The notes below the pieces were generated by a model, which was given only the letters and a program-made list of their open reading frames with translations, did not search any database and was not told the DNA's origin. The position numbers and the translations under genes were made by a program. This document shows positions 30,733-40,993 of a DNA stretch of 64,000 bases, piece by piece. The stretch's first letter is position 1, and each line of letters starts with the position of its first letter. Source of the stretch: Clostridia bacterium (GTDB lineage: Bacteria > Bacillota > Clostridia > UMGS1883 > UMGS1540); the NCBI GenBank assembly GCA_045533905.1, contig JAZSIR010000021.1, positions 1 through 64,000 on the forward strand, in the 5' to 3' direction.

Positions 30733-31995
30733 TTATTCGCCTTTTATGGAATCGAGGTACGCCTCGGAGGCTTTTTCAAACTTATTTTCCCCGGGCGTGT
30801 AGTATGTTTTGCCGCGAAGGGCCTCGGGCAAATATTCTTGCTTTACATAATGATTCGGAAAATCGTGCGGGTACTGATACGTAAGCCCTCTGCCCATCTT
30901 CCCTGCGCCCGCGTAATGCGCGTCCTTTAAATGCAAGGGGATATCGCCGCCGCGCCCGTTTTCCACATCCGCCATCGCCGCATCAATCGCACAAATGGCG
31001 CTGTTACTTTTCGGCGCCGTGGCAAGGAGAAGCGCCGCCTCCGCAAGCGGAATCCGCGCTTCGGGAAGGCCGAGCTGGAGAGCGCTATCCACACACGCTT
31101 TCGTGATGCTCATCGCCTGCGGAAACGCAAGGCCGATATCCTCGGCCGAGATGACGAGTAAGCGGCGGCAAACGGAGAGAAGGTCGCCCCCCACGAGTAG
31201 CCGCGCGAGGTAATGCACCGCGGCATCGGGGTCGCTCCCGCGAATGGATTTTTGCAGAGCACTTACGATATCGTAATGGCTGTCGCCATCTCTGTCAAAC
31301 CGCATACCGCGGCCGCCCAGACACTCTCTCGCCACTTCTTCTGTTATCGTTATCTTTTTATCTGCACCCATTGGTGTTGCGCGCGAGGCCACTTCAAGCG
31401 CCGTAATCGCCTTTCGAACGTCGCCGCCGGCACATTCGGCCATATAGGCGCGCACCTCGTCCGAGACCGATACGGGCATGCCCTCTTCTTTCAAAATGCC
31501 TTCGGCACGCGAAAGTGCTTTTTCCACCTCTTCGGGCTCTACGGGGCGAAACTCGAGCACCGTAGAACGCGACAGTATGGCGTTATACACATAAAAGTAG
31601 GGGTTTTCCGTAGTAGACGCGATAAGCGTGATGCGCCCGTCCTCAATAAATTCAAGGAGGGACTGCTGCTGTTTTTTATTAAAGTTTTGAATTTCGTCGA
31701 GATATAAAAGTACGCCGCCAAGTCCCGAAAACCCATCGAGTTCCGAAACGATAGCCTTAATATCCGCGACGGAGGCGTTTGTGGCATTTAAGCGGTAAAG
31801 CCTTTTGCCGGCGCGCTCTGCCGCCATCCCTGCGAGCGTGGTTTTCCCCGTGCCGGCAGGCCCGTAGAAAATCATATTCGGAATCTCGCCTGTTTTCAGT
31901 ATGTTCGATAAGAGCTTTCCTTCGCCGATTAAGTGGCGTTGCCCCACGACCTCTTCGGGCGTTTTCGGGCGGATTCTGTCTGCAAGCGGCTGCAT
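30733..31995 (-). CDS. rarA: Replication-associated recombination protein A
   Basis: [41 protein letters not shown]; start re-called at ATG 31995. Confidence 0.95.
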   Translation of the reverse strand: MQPLADRIRPKTPEEVVGQRHLIGEGKLLSNILKTGEIPNMIFYGPAGTGKTTLAGMAAERAGKRLYRLNATNASVADIKAIVSELDGFSGLGGVLLYLDEIQNFNKKQQQSLLEFIEDGRITLIASTTENPYFYVYNAILSRSTVLEFRPVEPEEVEKALSRAEGILKEEGMPVSVSDEVRAYMAECAGGDVRKAITALEVASRATPMGADKKITITEEVARECLGGRGMRFDRDGDSHYDIVSALQKSIRGSDPDAAVHYLARLLVGGDLLSVCRRLLVISAEDIGLAFPQAMSITKACVDSALQLGLPEARIPLAEAALLLATAPKSNSAICAIDAAMADVENGRGGDIPLHLKDAHYAGAGKMGRGLTYQYPHDFPNHYVKQEYLPEALRGKTYYTPGENKFEKASEAYLDSIKGE

Positions 31996-32171
31996 AGTTT
32001 TCTTCCTTTCGTGTAGGGTTTTGGCGCGCAAAGTCATTTGGATATAGTATACCATATATTCCGCGGAATTTCAAGCTTTTTTAAAAGAAACCGGACAAAG
32101 AAAAACCCCGCAAAGAAGCCTATAAAGACCACCATGCAGGGTTTTTCTTTTCTCTTTTTCTCTCTTGTATA

Positions 32172-32843
32172 TTACATTGGTAAATGCGTGAAGAATCCGT
32201 CGCCCGTTTCGGTATTATGAATGCCGTAGCAGGAGAGCGTTTCGTACGTTTTATCCATATCGTACCGCCCGGGCCACCAGCTTAAAAATTCCTCCGAAAG
32301 GGCGGAAAGCGGCGTCGAGGGCGTGTACAGAATGAAGTTTTTGCCGTCTGCAAGACCGTAGGGGTCACTGGCAATACGGAGAACGCCGTCCTCTATCCAT
32401 TCGGTGCCCACCTCTTTTTCAAGCGTGATTTCGCCCATCTGCATGGCGTATGCATAATCGTCCACCTTTTCGATATTTGTGAAGTGGCCCGAAAAATCGC
32501 AGAAATAGTATCTGCCGCCCGGGTACCCTTCACCAACTTCGCCCATATTGGAATCGTGGAAATGCCCTTCGAAGGAGCCGTCCTTCTCCACCTTCATCCA
32601 TGTGCCCCATGCGCCTGCGCCGCTTGTGAAGGTAAACTCCATCGGGAAGTCTTCAGGAAGCACGCTTTCGGGCGTGGGAGCGGGTGTGGCAGTAGCCGGT
32701 GCCGTCTCTCTAGGGTTCGGCGTTTCTTTTCCAATTCCATTTTCCGGTACCTTTCTTGGCACCATAGCCGTAAACAAGGTGCAACCGGACAAAAGGGATA
32801 CGGTCAAAAGACAAATAAGCGCAGAGAGCCAAAACTTTTTCAT
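32172..32843 (-). CDS. Lipoprotein of unknown function
   Basis: Lipobox LLSGC, Pro/Thr linker, FTSGAGAWGT domain. Confidence 0.75.
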   Translation of the reverse strand: MKKFWLSALICLLTVSLLSGCTLFTAMVPRKVPENGIGKETPNPRETAPATATPAPTPESVLPEDFPMEFTFTSGAGAWGTWMKVEKDGSFEGHFHDSNMGEVGEGYPGGRYYFCDFSGHFTNIEKVDDYAYAMQMGEITLEKEVGTEWIEDGVLRIASDPYGLADGKNFILYTPSTPLSALSEEFLSWWPGRYDMDKTYETLSCYGIHNTETGDGFFTHLPM

Positions 32844-32854
32844 ATTTTTCTCCT

Positions 32855-33679
32855 TTATTTTTCGTAAATGTATCTTTCGCCGGGCATAAAGATGTGGTAC
32901 TTCTGCGCGGGGTTTATCTTCCCTTGCATATCCACAAAATGCGCGGGGTTTACACAGTTTACATCGTAAAGGTCAAAATGCGTGGGGATTAAAAGGTCTG
33001 CCCCTACTTCTTTTGCCATCGTGAGTGCCTCGCCGCTGTCAAAACAGCCGATAATGTCGAGCACATTCGTTCTGTAGTAGTCGCGTCCGTTTATCGGCAA
33101 AATTAAAATATCGGCACCGGAAAGCTTTTCAGAAAGCCCATCATACGGGCAACCGTCCCCGCCGTGGAAGAGGGAAATGTCGCCGAACGCGAAACGATAG
33201 CCCATTTCTTCATACTCCCCGTCCGCGTTTTGGTGGAACACTTCGTGCGCGGCGCGGTGCGCTGTGGCCGAAATATCTTCGCAAAGCGCTGCGGTTTCGC
33301 CGTCAGAAAGACCGAAAATTCTTTCTTTTTCAATGCCGTAGGATGCGACAGGAGCGCAGATGGCGCGCGGCGCGAAAAATTTTGCCTTTTTATTGACGCG
33401 CGCGAGAGGCGCGAGCGTATCGGGGTCGGCATGGTCGTAGTGCGCGTGGGTGCAGAAGACAAAGTCAATAAAATCAAGTTCTTCCGGTTTTATCGGCGGT
33501 GCGTAGCGGCGCACCCATTTTACGGCTTCGCTGCAGCAGTTTCTGTCCACATAATCGGAAAGATAGCCGTCCACAAGCACATATTTTTCTCTGTATTTGA
33601 GGATATACCCTACCTGCCCGAGGTAGAAAATGCCGAGCTGATTCGGCAGAAGTTTTGTGTCTAAAATATAGTCTCGCAT
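32855..33679 (-). CDS. MBL-fold metallo-hydrolase (UlaG-like)
   Basis: YLGQ, THAHYDHAD, FHGGDG, LPING, IPTHFD. Confidence 0.88.
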   Translation of the reverse strand: MRDYILDTKLLPNQLGIFYLGQVGYILKYREKYVLVDGYLSDYVDRNCCSEAVKWVRRYAPPIKPEELDFIDFVFCTHAHYDHADPDTLAPLARVNKKAKFFAPRAICAPVASYGIEKERIFGLSDGETAALCEDISATAHRAAHEVFHQNADGEYEEMGYRFAFGDISLFHGGDGCPYDGLSEKLSGADILILPINGRDYYRTNVLDIIGCFDSGEALTMAKEVGADLLIPTHFDLYDVNCVNPAHFVDMQGKINPAQKYHIFMPGERYIYEK

Positions 33680-33710
33680 CTATAACCCCTCCACAATTTT
33701 GTATTTTCTA

Positions 33711-33745
33711 TTGACAATTATATCACGCGGTGATATAATTGTCAA
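33711..33745. promoter_or_regulatory. Palindromic bidirectional sigma-A promoter
   Basis: TTGACAATTATATCAC-GCG-GTGATATAATTGTCAA gives TTGACA-17-TATAAT on both strands. Confidence 0.85.
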
Positions 33746-33762
33746 GAATGGAGATGTATATT

Positions 33763-34881
33763 TTGAAAAAATATATCAACCAAGCCGATATGCGAAATGC
33801 AAATGCGGCAGATGTATTTGCTTTAATACGAAAAGAAGGCGGTATGACCCGAAAAGAGCTTGCAGAAAAAACGGGGCTTAGCTGGGGTGCCGTTTCTACG
33901 ATTTCCACAGAGCTTCTTGAAAACCACTTTATTCGGGAGTTTAAATGTGAGAAAACGGCGGGCGCAGGGCGCACCCCTTCCCGCCTTGAGGTGAACAGTG
34001 ACGGGTATTTTGTGCTCGGTCTTGATATTAACGCCTCCGGTTTTCGGGCCGTACTTCTCAACCTTAAAAACGAAGTTACTTTGTCCCTCGCCGCCTCCCC
34101 CGTCTATACGGATCGCGCTTCTCTTCTCTCGGAAATTATTTCTTTTATAAAGAAGGCGCTTTGCGCGGCGGAGGATAAAACGGTGCTTGGCATCGGCATC
34201 GCCATGCAGGGACCTGTGGATGCCAAAAGCGGCGTTTCCGTAAGCCTCACCCACGTGCGCGACTGGGCGAATGTGCCTCTTGCCAAAATCCTCCGCGCAG
34301 AGTTTTCTCTGCCCGTTTTTGTAGCGCATGACCCTGACTGTATTTTGTACGCCGTTTCGGCGGAAAAAGTCTATAAAGATGCCATCCTTCTCCGTGTGGA
34401 CGAAGGTATCGGTATGTCGGTCCTTCTCGGTGGCAAAATTTTCGACCGCCCCGGGATGTTCGAAATCGGGCATACGGTAGCGGTGCCGGATGGCGCAGTC
34501 TGTGCCTGCGGCAAGCGCGGGTGCCTTGAGGGGTACGCCTCGCGGCGCGGGCTCTCTACGCGAAGCGGCAAGCCTTTTTCGGACCTTGTAGCCGCCACCG
34601 AAAGAGGCGATGCAAAAAGCCTTTCGCTTTTTACCGAGATGGCTTCGCTTCTCGCTATTTCCGTTTCGAACTTTGCCTTTATGTTGCAAATTCAAAACGT
34701 GGTCCTTTGCGGCGACATGTGGAACTATCGAGAATTCTTTTGGGATACGTTTTCAAAAAGCGCGCCACCCTCGCTTTCGTTTTCCTTCAGCAGCGTAGAA
34801 AACGCGGCTACGGGCGCAGCGCTTATTGCGATAGAAAGACTTATAAGTGAACTTGATTTCAGAAAGGAAGATACAGAATGA
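33763..34881 (+). CDS. ROK-family transcriptional regulator
   Basis: N-terminal HTH, GRTP, GIG, EIGH, CACGKRGCLE; likely TTG start behind GGAG (in-frame ATG 33748 is the alternative). Confidence 0.92.
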   Translation: MKKYINQADMRNANAADVFALIRKEGGMTRKELAEKTGLSWGAVSTISTELLENHFIREFKCEKTAGAGRTPSRLEVNSDGYFVLGLDINASGFRAVLLNLKNEVTLSLAASPVYTDRASLLSEIISFIKKALCAAEDKTVLGIGIAMQGPVDAKSGVSVSLTHVRDWANVPLAKILRAEFSLPVFVAHDPDCILYAVSAEKVYKDAILLRVDEGIGMSVLLGGKIFDRPGMFEIGHTVAVPDGAVCACGKRGCLEGYASRRGLSTRSGKPFSDLVAATERGDAKSLSLFTEMASLLAISVSNFAFMLQIQNVVLCGDMWNYREFFWDTFSKSAPPSLSFSFSSVENAATGAALIAIERLISELDFRKEDTE

Positions 34882-35894
34882 AAGCAGTAGTAGTAAAGAA
34901 GCCGCACGAGCTTTCCCTTATGGATTTGCCCGTGCCCGAGCCGCCCGCGGGATTTGCGCGCATCCGCGTAAAAGCCGCCGCCATTTGTGCGACGGACCTC
35001 GAAATTATTGAGGGCAACATTGCCGCAAATTATCCCATCACGCCGGGGCATGAATGGAGCGGCGTTGTAGACGCTGTGGGAAGCGAAGAAGATAGCGCTT
35101 GGGTCGGCAAAAACGTAATCGGCAGTAGTGACGTTGTTTGTCTTTCCTGCGAGGCTTGCAGAAGCGGCAACTGGCGCTACTGCGAAAGCTTTGAGGAAAT
35201 CGGCTTCAAGCGTAACGGTGCGTATGCCGAATACATGCTCGCCCCCGTATACGGTCTCATTGAAAAGCCGGATTCCGTGCCTTTTGCGGAAGCTACGCTT
35301 TGCGAACCCTTAGGCGTTGCACTTGGCACCCTCAAAAAGATGCACGCGAAAGCAGGGCAAACGGCACTTATCTACGGCGCAGGCTCGATTGGCCTTTGCA
35401 TGCTTGCCGCGGCGAAAACGTTAGGTCTTCGTAAAATTGTGGTAGCGGCACGCTCTTCTAAAGGTCTCGCGATTGCCGAACAACTTGGTGCCTACAAAAC
35501 AGTAGCCACAAGCGAAGTAAATCTCGAAGAAGAAATAAAGCGCCTTCACCCCGAAGGCACCGACCTTGTCATTGACACCACGGGGGCTGAGGGCTGCATG
35601 CAGGAAGCCTTGCGCATTTTAAAGCGCGGCGGAAAGCTCGGCCTTGCAGGCTACGGAAAAGGCAAGGTTATGTCCATCCGTATGGACGATATTCATATTA
35701 AAAACCTCAAAGTCGTGGGTGCGGGCAACAACTGGGATATGCACAGACGCGCACTCGCTTTAATGGAAGAAGGCGCTGTGGACCTTTCCTCGTGTGTGAC
35801 CGAAAAAATCCGTCTTGAAGACTATGCCCTCGGTCTCGAACACGCCAAAACGCGCCCCCAAGGCTTTGTGAAGGCGGTATTTATAAATGAGTAA
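34878..35894 (+). CDS. Zn-dependent polyol/alcohol dehydrogenase (MDR family)
   Basis: ICATD, PGHE, CLSCEACRSGNWRYC, EPL, GAGSIG. Confidence 0.9.
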   Translation: MKAVVVKKPHELSLMDLPVPEPPAGFARIRVKAAAICATDLEIIEGNIAANYPITPGHEWSGVVDAVGSEEDSAWVGKNVIGSSDVVCLSCEACRSGNWRYCESFEEIGFKRNGAYAEYMLAPVYGLIEKPDSVPFAEATLCEPLGVALGTLKKMHAKAGQTALIYGAGSIGLCMLAAAKTLGLRKIVVAARSSKGLAIAEQLGAYKTVATSEVNLEEEIKRLHPEGTDLVIDTTGAEGCMQEALRILKRGGKLGLAGYGKGKVMSIRMDDIHIKNLKVVGAGNNWDMHRRALALMEEGAVDLSSCVTEKIRLEDYALGLEHAKTRPQGFVKAVFINE

Positions 35895-37272
35895 GCACGC
35901 ACTCGGGATTGACCTTGGTACCTCGGCCGTAAAGCTTCTTTTATGGAAGGGCGAAGGCAATGTGGAAAAAGCGCGTGCCGCCTACTCTGAAATTTCCCCG
36001 AAAGGGTGGCTCGCGGCAATCGGCGAAGCCGCCGCTATGCTTGACCTTTCGTGCGTTTCCGCCATTGGTCTATCCTCGCAGGTAGGCACCTATGTGGTAA
36101 ACGGGCAAGAGGTTATCAGCTGGAACGAGGGTGCAGGGGCGGAAGAACTCGCGTTTTTAAAGGAGAAGTACTCGAAAGAAACCTTTATCCGCGAAATCGC
36201 CATGCCGCATCCCGACATTGTTTCCTATCCCCTCCCGCGGCTTTTGTACATTAAAAAGAATTTTCCCGCAATCGAAAGCGTATGCCAGCCGAAGGACCTT
36301 CTTTGCAAGGCGCTTTGCGGAAGACTCGTGAGCGAAAAGTACTCGTGGCGCGGCCTTGCCCATACGAAAGACGGCGGGTACAGTGCGTATTTCCTCCGCG
36401 AAATCGGGATAGACGAAAATATTTTGCCGCCGCTTATTCCCTTTGATGCCGAAGCTGGGAAAACGACGGCAGAATGCGAAGCGAAGCTCCATATTCCAAA
36501 GGGCATTCCCGTATATACGGGCCTTAACGACTTTTTCGCTTCTCTTCTCGGCATGGGAATAGAGAAAAGCGGCGATATGTTTGACATTACGGGCACAAGC
36601 GAGCATCTGGGGCTTTTATCGGACACCCTCGCGCCCGATACGAAAATGGTTTCCGGTGTGTACTTCGATACATACATTCACTACGGCGTAACGGGTTCAA
36701 GCGGCGCTTCTTCCGATTTTGCCATTCGGGAGTTTGGGCGTGACAGCCTCGAAATTCTATCGCGTATAGAGCACAATCCCCCGATTTTCACGCCGTATGT
36801 AAAAGGTGAGCGTGCGCCTATCTTTGATAGCGCGGCGCGCGGCGTGTTCTTTGGGGTGAACGCGGAAACGACGCGCGAGGATATGCTCTACGCCGTGATG
36901 GAAGGCATCGCGTTTAGCCTCTATCATATCTATGAGAGCATGGGCACGCCCCCCGCTACGGCGATCCGCATCTCAGGCGGCGCGGCAAAAAGCGCGGCGT
37001 TAAATCTTCTTAAAGCCGAGCTTTTCGGGAAAGAGGTTTGCACCCTTTCCGAAAACGATACCTCCGCACTCGGTGCGGCCGCGGTGGCGGCACGGGGAGC
37101 GGGGATTGCCCCCGAGGGGACGGTGTTCAACCGCATCCGCGAAACGGTTTCCCCGAAAGGCGATATGCATGATATGCTTTTGGCGCGGTACGCCATTTAT
37201 AAAGAGCTGTATCCTTCTCTTTCGGAGCAGTTTACGGCATTTACAAAATTAGAAAGGAACGAAGAAAAATGA
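35887..37272 (+). CDS. FGGY-family sugar kinase (xylulokinase-like)
   Basis: GIDLGTS, GTS, PYVKGERAP, AVMEGIA, SGGAAKS, SALGAA. Confidence 0.9.
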   Translation: MSKHALGIDLGTSAVKLLLWKGEGNVEKARAAYSEISPKGWLAAIGEAAAMLDLSCVSAIGLSSQVGTYVVNGQEVISWNEGAGAEELAFLKEKYSKETFIREIAMPHPDIVSYPLPRLLYIKKNFPAIESVCQPKDLLCKALCGRLVSEKYSWRGLAHTKDGGYSAYFLREIGIDENILPPLIPFDAEAGKTTAECEAKLHIPKGIPVYTGLNDFFASLLGMGIEKSGDMFDITGTSEHLGLLSDTLAPDTKMVSGVYFDTYIHYGVTGSSGASSDFAIREFGRDSLEILSRIEHNPPIFTPYVKGERAPIFDSAARGVFFGVNAETTREDMLYAVMEGIAFSLYHIYESMGTPPATAIRISGGAAKSAALNLLKAELFGKEVCTLSENDTSALGAAAVAARGAGIAPEGTVFNRIRETVSPKGDMHDMLLARYAIYKELYPSLSEQFTAFTKLERNEEK

Positions 37273-38441
37273 GTTGTGTAATCTTTGGTGCAGGTAAAAT
37301 TGCAAGAGGGTTTATCGGCCATCTCCTCTATCTCAGCGACATTGATTTTACGTTCGTAGAGAAGTTTGACGGGCTTGTAGACCTTATCAACGAAAGAAAA
37401 GAGTATACGGTAAACATTCTCGGCAATCCCGAGAAAAACTGTGTTGTGAAAAACGCAAAGGCGCTCGGCTTTGGCGATAAAGAAGCTATCGCAGAAGCCA
37501 TTGCAAATGCCGATGCCGTTTTCAACGCCGTTGGCGGCAAAAACCTCGGCGAAATTGTGCCGTTTTTAGCCGCAGGTATTGAAAAGAAGGCCGGGCGCGG
37601 CGGTCACCTCAATTTCGTAACATGCGAAAACTGGAAGCAGCCGGCAAACATCCTTCGCGAAGGCATTGAAGCGATTCTCGCACCCGAGGCAAGAGAATAC
37701 TTCGATAACAACGTAGGCATTACAGAAGCCGTTATTATGCGAAGCGCGATTGAATCGGACGCGGAGCTTCTGAAAAAAGACCCGCTTATCGTAAACGTAC
37801 AGGATTTCTGGGAACTTCCCGTAGACGCTTCCCGTATTTCCGGAAGCCTTCCGAATATTTTAGGGCTGAAGCTTGTTCCTGAATTTACAGGCTTCCTCGA
37901 AAGAAAGTTCTACACCTACAACGCCGCAAACGGCACCACCTCCTACCTCGGCGCCCTCTTCGGCTACGAGAAAATTGCAGATGCCGCACATGACGAGCGC
38001 ATCTTAAAAATCCTTGACGGTGTATATCAGGAAACGGCACAGGCACTTTCCAAAAAGCACAATTTCCCGCTTGAGGAACAGCTCGCCTTCACCCTTACCT
38101 CAAAGAGAAAACTGCAAGACTACACGATTGTGGACTTTATTGAAAGAAACGCCCGCGATCCCCTCCGTAAGCTTGGTCCTGATGACCGTCTTGTAGGCTC
38201 TGCCCGTCTTGTAGACTCTTTCGGCATCCGTCCCGAAAACCTCTGCACCGCCATCGCCGCGGCGATCTTCTATACGAGCGAGGGTGACCCGTTTGCAGAA
38301 GAGCTCCGCGCTATGCGCGAAGAAAAGGGCGTAGACTACGTTCTCGAAAACGTATGTAAGCTCGATGTAAATGGTACAATTGCCACAATTGTAAAAGAAA
38401 AGATTGAACTTTTAAAGAAAGAAGGCTATATAAATGCGTAA
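37269..38441 (+). CDS. Mannitol-1-phosphate 5-dehydrogenase-family protein
   Basis: FGAGKIARGFIG, TCEN, ERKFYTYN, ARDPLRKLGPDDRLV. Confidence 0.85.
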   Translation: MSCVIFGAGKIARGFIGHLLYLSDIDFTFVEKFDGLVDLINERKEYTVNILGNPEKNCVVKNAKALGFGDKEAIAEAIANADAVFNAVGGKNLGEIVPFLAAGIEKKAGRGGHLNFVTCENWKQPANILREGIEAILAPEAREYFDNNVGITEAVIMRSAIESDAELLKKDPLIVNVQDFWELPVDASRISGSLPNILGLKLVPEFTGFLERKFYTYNAANGTTSYLGALFGYEKIADAAHDERILKILDGVYQETAQALSKKHNFPLEEQLAFTLTSKRKLQDYTIVDFIERNARDPLRKLGPDDRLVGSARLVDSFGIRPENLCTAIAAAIFYTSEGDPFAEELRAMREEKGVDYVLENVCKLDVNGTIATIVKEKIELLKKEGYINA

Positions 38442-39507
38442 AATTACGATTATCGGCGCCGGCAAAACGGGCCGCGGCTTTATCGGCCGCCTCGCCGCAG
38501 AACAGGATGCCGTCATCACATTTGTAGATAAGGATGCCGCACTTGTGGAAACCTTAAATGCACAAAAAAGCTTTACCGTAAGCTTTTTCGGCGGCGTTCG
38601 CGAAGATATGCAGGTGGCAAACTACACCGCACACACTTGGGATACGGCAGATTTTTCCGATGCCGAGCTCATTTTGGTCGCCGTTGGCGGCTCGAACCTT
38701 CGCGATGTGGGCGAAGCACTCCGTACACGCCTTTCCGCTGACAAGAAGTACTACATCATCACAGCAGAAAACAGCTCCCGCCCCTCTAAAGTTTTAGGCG
38801 AAGCGATTGGGCTTTCGGGCATCGCCGTCAGCGAAGCGACAGTATTTTGCACCACCATCGAAAAGACGGGGATTGATATTTCTTCCGAAAACTACCCCTA
38901 CCTCCAGTGTGATGCAGACCTTCTCGAAGGCTACGTGCCGGAAATTACGGGCATCAAGCCTGTGCCGGAGTTTGGGAACTTCCTCACAAGAAAGCTTTTC
39001 ACCTATAACGCCGCAAGCTGCGTAATTGCATACCTCGGCTATCTCAAAGGCTACACAAATTACGCCGATGCCGCAAATGACCCCGAGGTTCTCGAGCTTC
39101 TCGACTATAACTACGCCGTTACAAACCGCGTTCTTTGCAAGGAATTCGGCTATGACGAAGCCGATCAGGCAGAATTTGCGATGCTTTCCCGAAACAAATT
39201 CTTAAGCCGCACCATTGCCGACACGGTGCAGAGAAATGCACGCGAGCCGCAGAGAAAGCTTGCAAAAGTTGAGCGCATCATTGGCCCCATGCTTTTAATC
39301 CGTAAGTACGGCGAAGACGCTTCCGTTTTAGAAAAAACAGCCGCCGCCATGCTTTTGTATGACGGTGAGGGCGAAGCCGAATGGGATGCCATCAAGGCTA
39401 AAAAGACACCCGCTGAAATTCTCATGTCCATCTGCGGACTTGAAGAAAGCATGCCGTCCTTTGAAGCTATTTTAGGCTACTATGCGGAATTTAAGAAGGA
39501 CAGATAA
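38434..39507 (+). CDS. Second, divergent mannitol-1-phosphate dehydrogenase-family protein
   Basis: IGAGKTGRGFIG, TAEN, RKLFTYNA, AREPQRKL...ERIIGP. Confidence 0.82.
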   Translation: MRKITIIGAGKTGRGFIGRLAAEQDAVITFVDKDAALVETLNAQKSFTVSFFGGVREDMQVANYTAHTWDTADFSDAELILVAVGGSNLRDVGEALRTRLSADKKYYIITAENSSRPSKVLGEAIGLSGIAVSEATVFCTTIEKTGIDISSENYPYLQCDADLLEGYVPEITGIKPVPEFGNFLTRKLFTYNAASCVIAYLGYLKGYTNYADAANDPEVLELLDYNYAVTNRVLCKEFGYDEADQAEFAMLSRNKFLSRTIADTVQRNAREPQRKLAKVERIIGPMLLIRKYGEDASVLEKTAAAMLLYDGEGEAEWDAIKAKKTPAEILMSICGLEESMPSFEAILGYYAEFKKDR

Positions 39508-39518
39508 AACCAAATGGG

Positions 39519-39549
39519 AAAAAGGCAAGCACTTTGTGCTTGCCTTTTG
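39519..39549. terminator. Bidirectional terminator
   Basis: AAAAGGCAAGCAC-ttt-GTGCTTGCCTTTT. Confidence 0.85.
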
Positions 39550-40983
39550 TTATGCCCTTTTATAAAGCGCATTAAAATGTTTGAACTTTTCTTTATCAAT
39601 GCTTTGCAGCTGCTCGCGTGTAATGCGGAACTGCCAATTCCCGTCTGGCTTTCCGGGGATATTGATGCGCGTGTCGGACCCGTAGCCGAGTAAATCCTGA
39701 ATCGGCAAAATCACGATGCCTGCACAGGAAGAGAATACCGAGCGCACAATGCTGTCAAACCCCTGCTCCCAGTTTTCGGCGTGGTAATTGCAATAGTCGA
39801 GCATCCTTCTTTTGTTGCCCTCGTCCAGCTCCCAGAGGTAGCCGAGAAGCGTATTATTATCGTGCGTGCCCGTGTATGCCACCACATTATTTGTATAATT
39901 ATGCGGCATGTGGGGGTTATCATAGTCGCCAAGGAAGCCGAACTGGAAAACGCGGATGCCGGGGAAGCCGCTCTCACGAACAAGCGCTTCCACCGCAGGC
40001 GTAATTTCGCCAAGGTCCTCCGCAATCATAAGCTTTCCGTCTGCGGCTTTTTGTATAACTTCGACAAGCTCCATACCGGGGCCTTTTATCCATTTGCCGC
40101 CTCTGGCGGTCTTATCGCCGTACGGCACTGCCCAGAAAGATTCGATGGCGCGGAAATGGTCAATCCGCACGCCGTCAAACATACGCGTCATATGCCGGAT
40201 GCGGTCAGACCACCACCTGTATCCGTTTTTCCGCATCGCATCCCAGTTATATAAGGGGTTGCCCCATAATTGCCCGTCCGCACAGAAATAATCCGGCGGC
40301 ACGCCCGCCACGGCGGTGGGCAGGTTTTCCGCATCCAGCATAAACTCTTCGCGGTTTGCCCATACATCGGCACTTTCAAGCGACACGTAAATCGGCATAT
40401 CGCCGATAATTTTGATGCCGCGCTCGTTTGCATACTTTTTAATCTCCGCCCACTGGGTGAAGAAGGCATATTCTGTAAACTGCCACGCAAAGAGCGTTTC
40501 GCTGTCATACGTGTCCACCGTCCACGCGCGCCACGGGCGGTTCTCATTCGCCTCTTTCAGCGCCATAAAGCGGCAAAACTCTTCGATGTACGGATTTTCG
40601 CGGATGAAGTTTTCTACTGCATCGCGATTTTCCACTCTCTTCGACACCTCTTTCAAAAACGCAAGGCGCGTATGGAAAAGGCGCACGTATTCGGCACTAT
40701 ACGGCTGCTCCTGTTTTTGCGACCGGAGCTCTTCCGCCGTTATAAGCCCCTCTTCGAAAAAAGCTTCCAAATCTACAAAATACGGATTGCCCGCGAAGGT
40801 GGAATAGGACTGGTACGGGGAATTGCAATCATCCGCCATACAAAACGGCAAAACCTGCCAATAGGAAAACCTGCACTCTGCCAGAAAATCTATGAATTCT
40901 TTGGCCGCACGGCCAAAACTGCCGATGGAATACTCCCCGAAAAGGGAGGAAATGTGCATCAGCACGCCACTTTTTCGTTCCAT
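39550..40983 (-). CDS. malQ: 4-alpha-glucanotransferase (GH77)
   Basis: WQVLP, SPY, GQLWGNPLY, RIDHFR, AEDLG, YTGTHDN. Confidence 0.96.
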   Translation of the reverse strand: MERKSGVLMHISSLFGEYSIGSFGRAAKEFIDFLAECRFSYWQVLPFCMADDCNSPYQSYSTFAGNPYFVDLEAFFEEGLITAEELRSQKQEQPYSAEYVRLFHTRLAFLKEVSKRVENRDAVENFIRENPYIEEFCRFMALKEANENRPWRAWTVDTYDSETLFAWQFTEYAFFTQWAEIKKYANERGIKIIGDMPIYVSLESADVWANREEFMLDAENLPTAVAGVPPDYFCADGQLWGNPLYNWDAMRKNGYRWWSDRIRHMTRMFDGVRIDHFRAIESFWAVPYGDKTARGGKWIKGPGMELVEVIQKAADGKLMIAEDLGEITPAVEALVRESGFPGIRVFQFGFLGDYDNPHMPHNYTNNVVAYTGTHDNNTLLGYLWELDEGNKRRMLDYCNYHAENWEQGFDSIVRSVFSSCAGIVILPIQDLLGYGSDTRINIPGKPDGNWQFRITREQLQSIDKEKFKHFNALYKRA

Positions 40984-40993
40984 AGCTCCCTCT

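Noticed and set aside
30692-32100. LexA (SOS) box for rarA-uvrA
   Set aside because: No GAAC-N4-GTTC was found in the upstream intergenic DNA.
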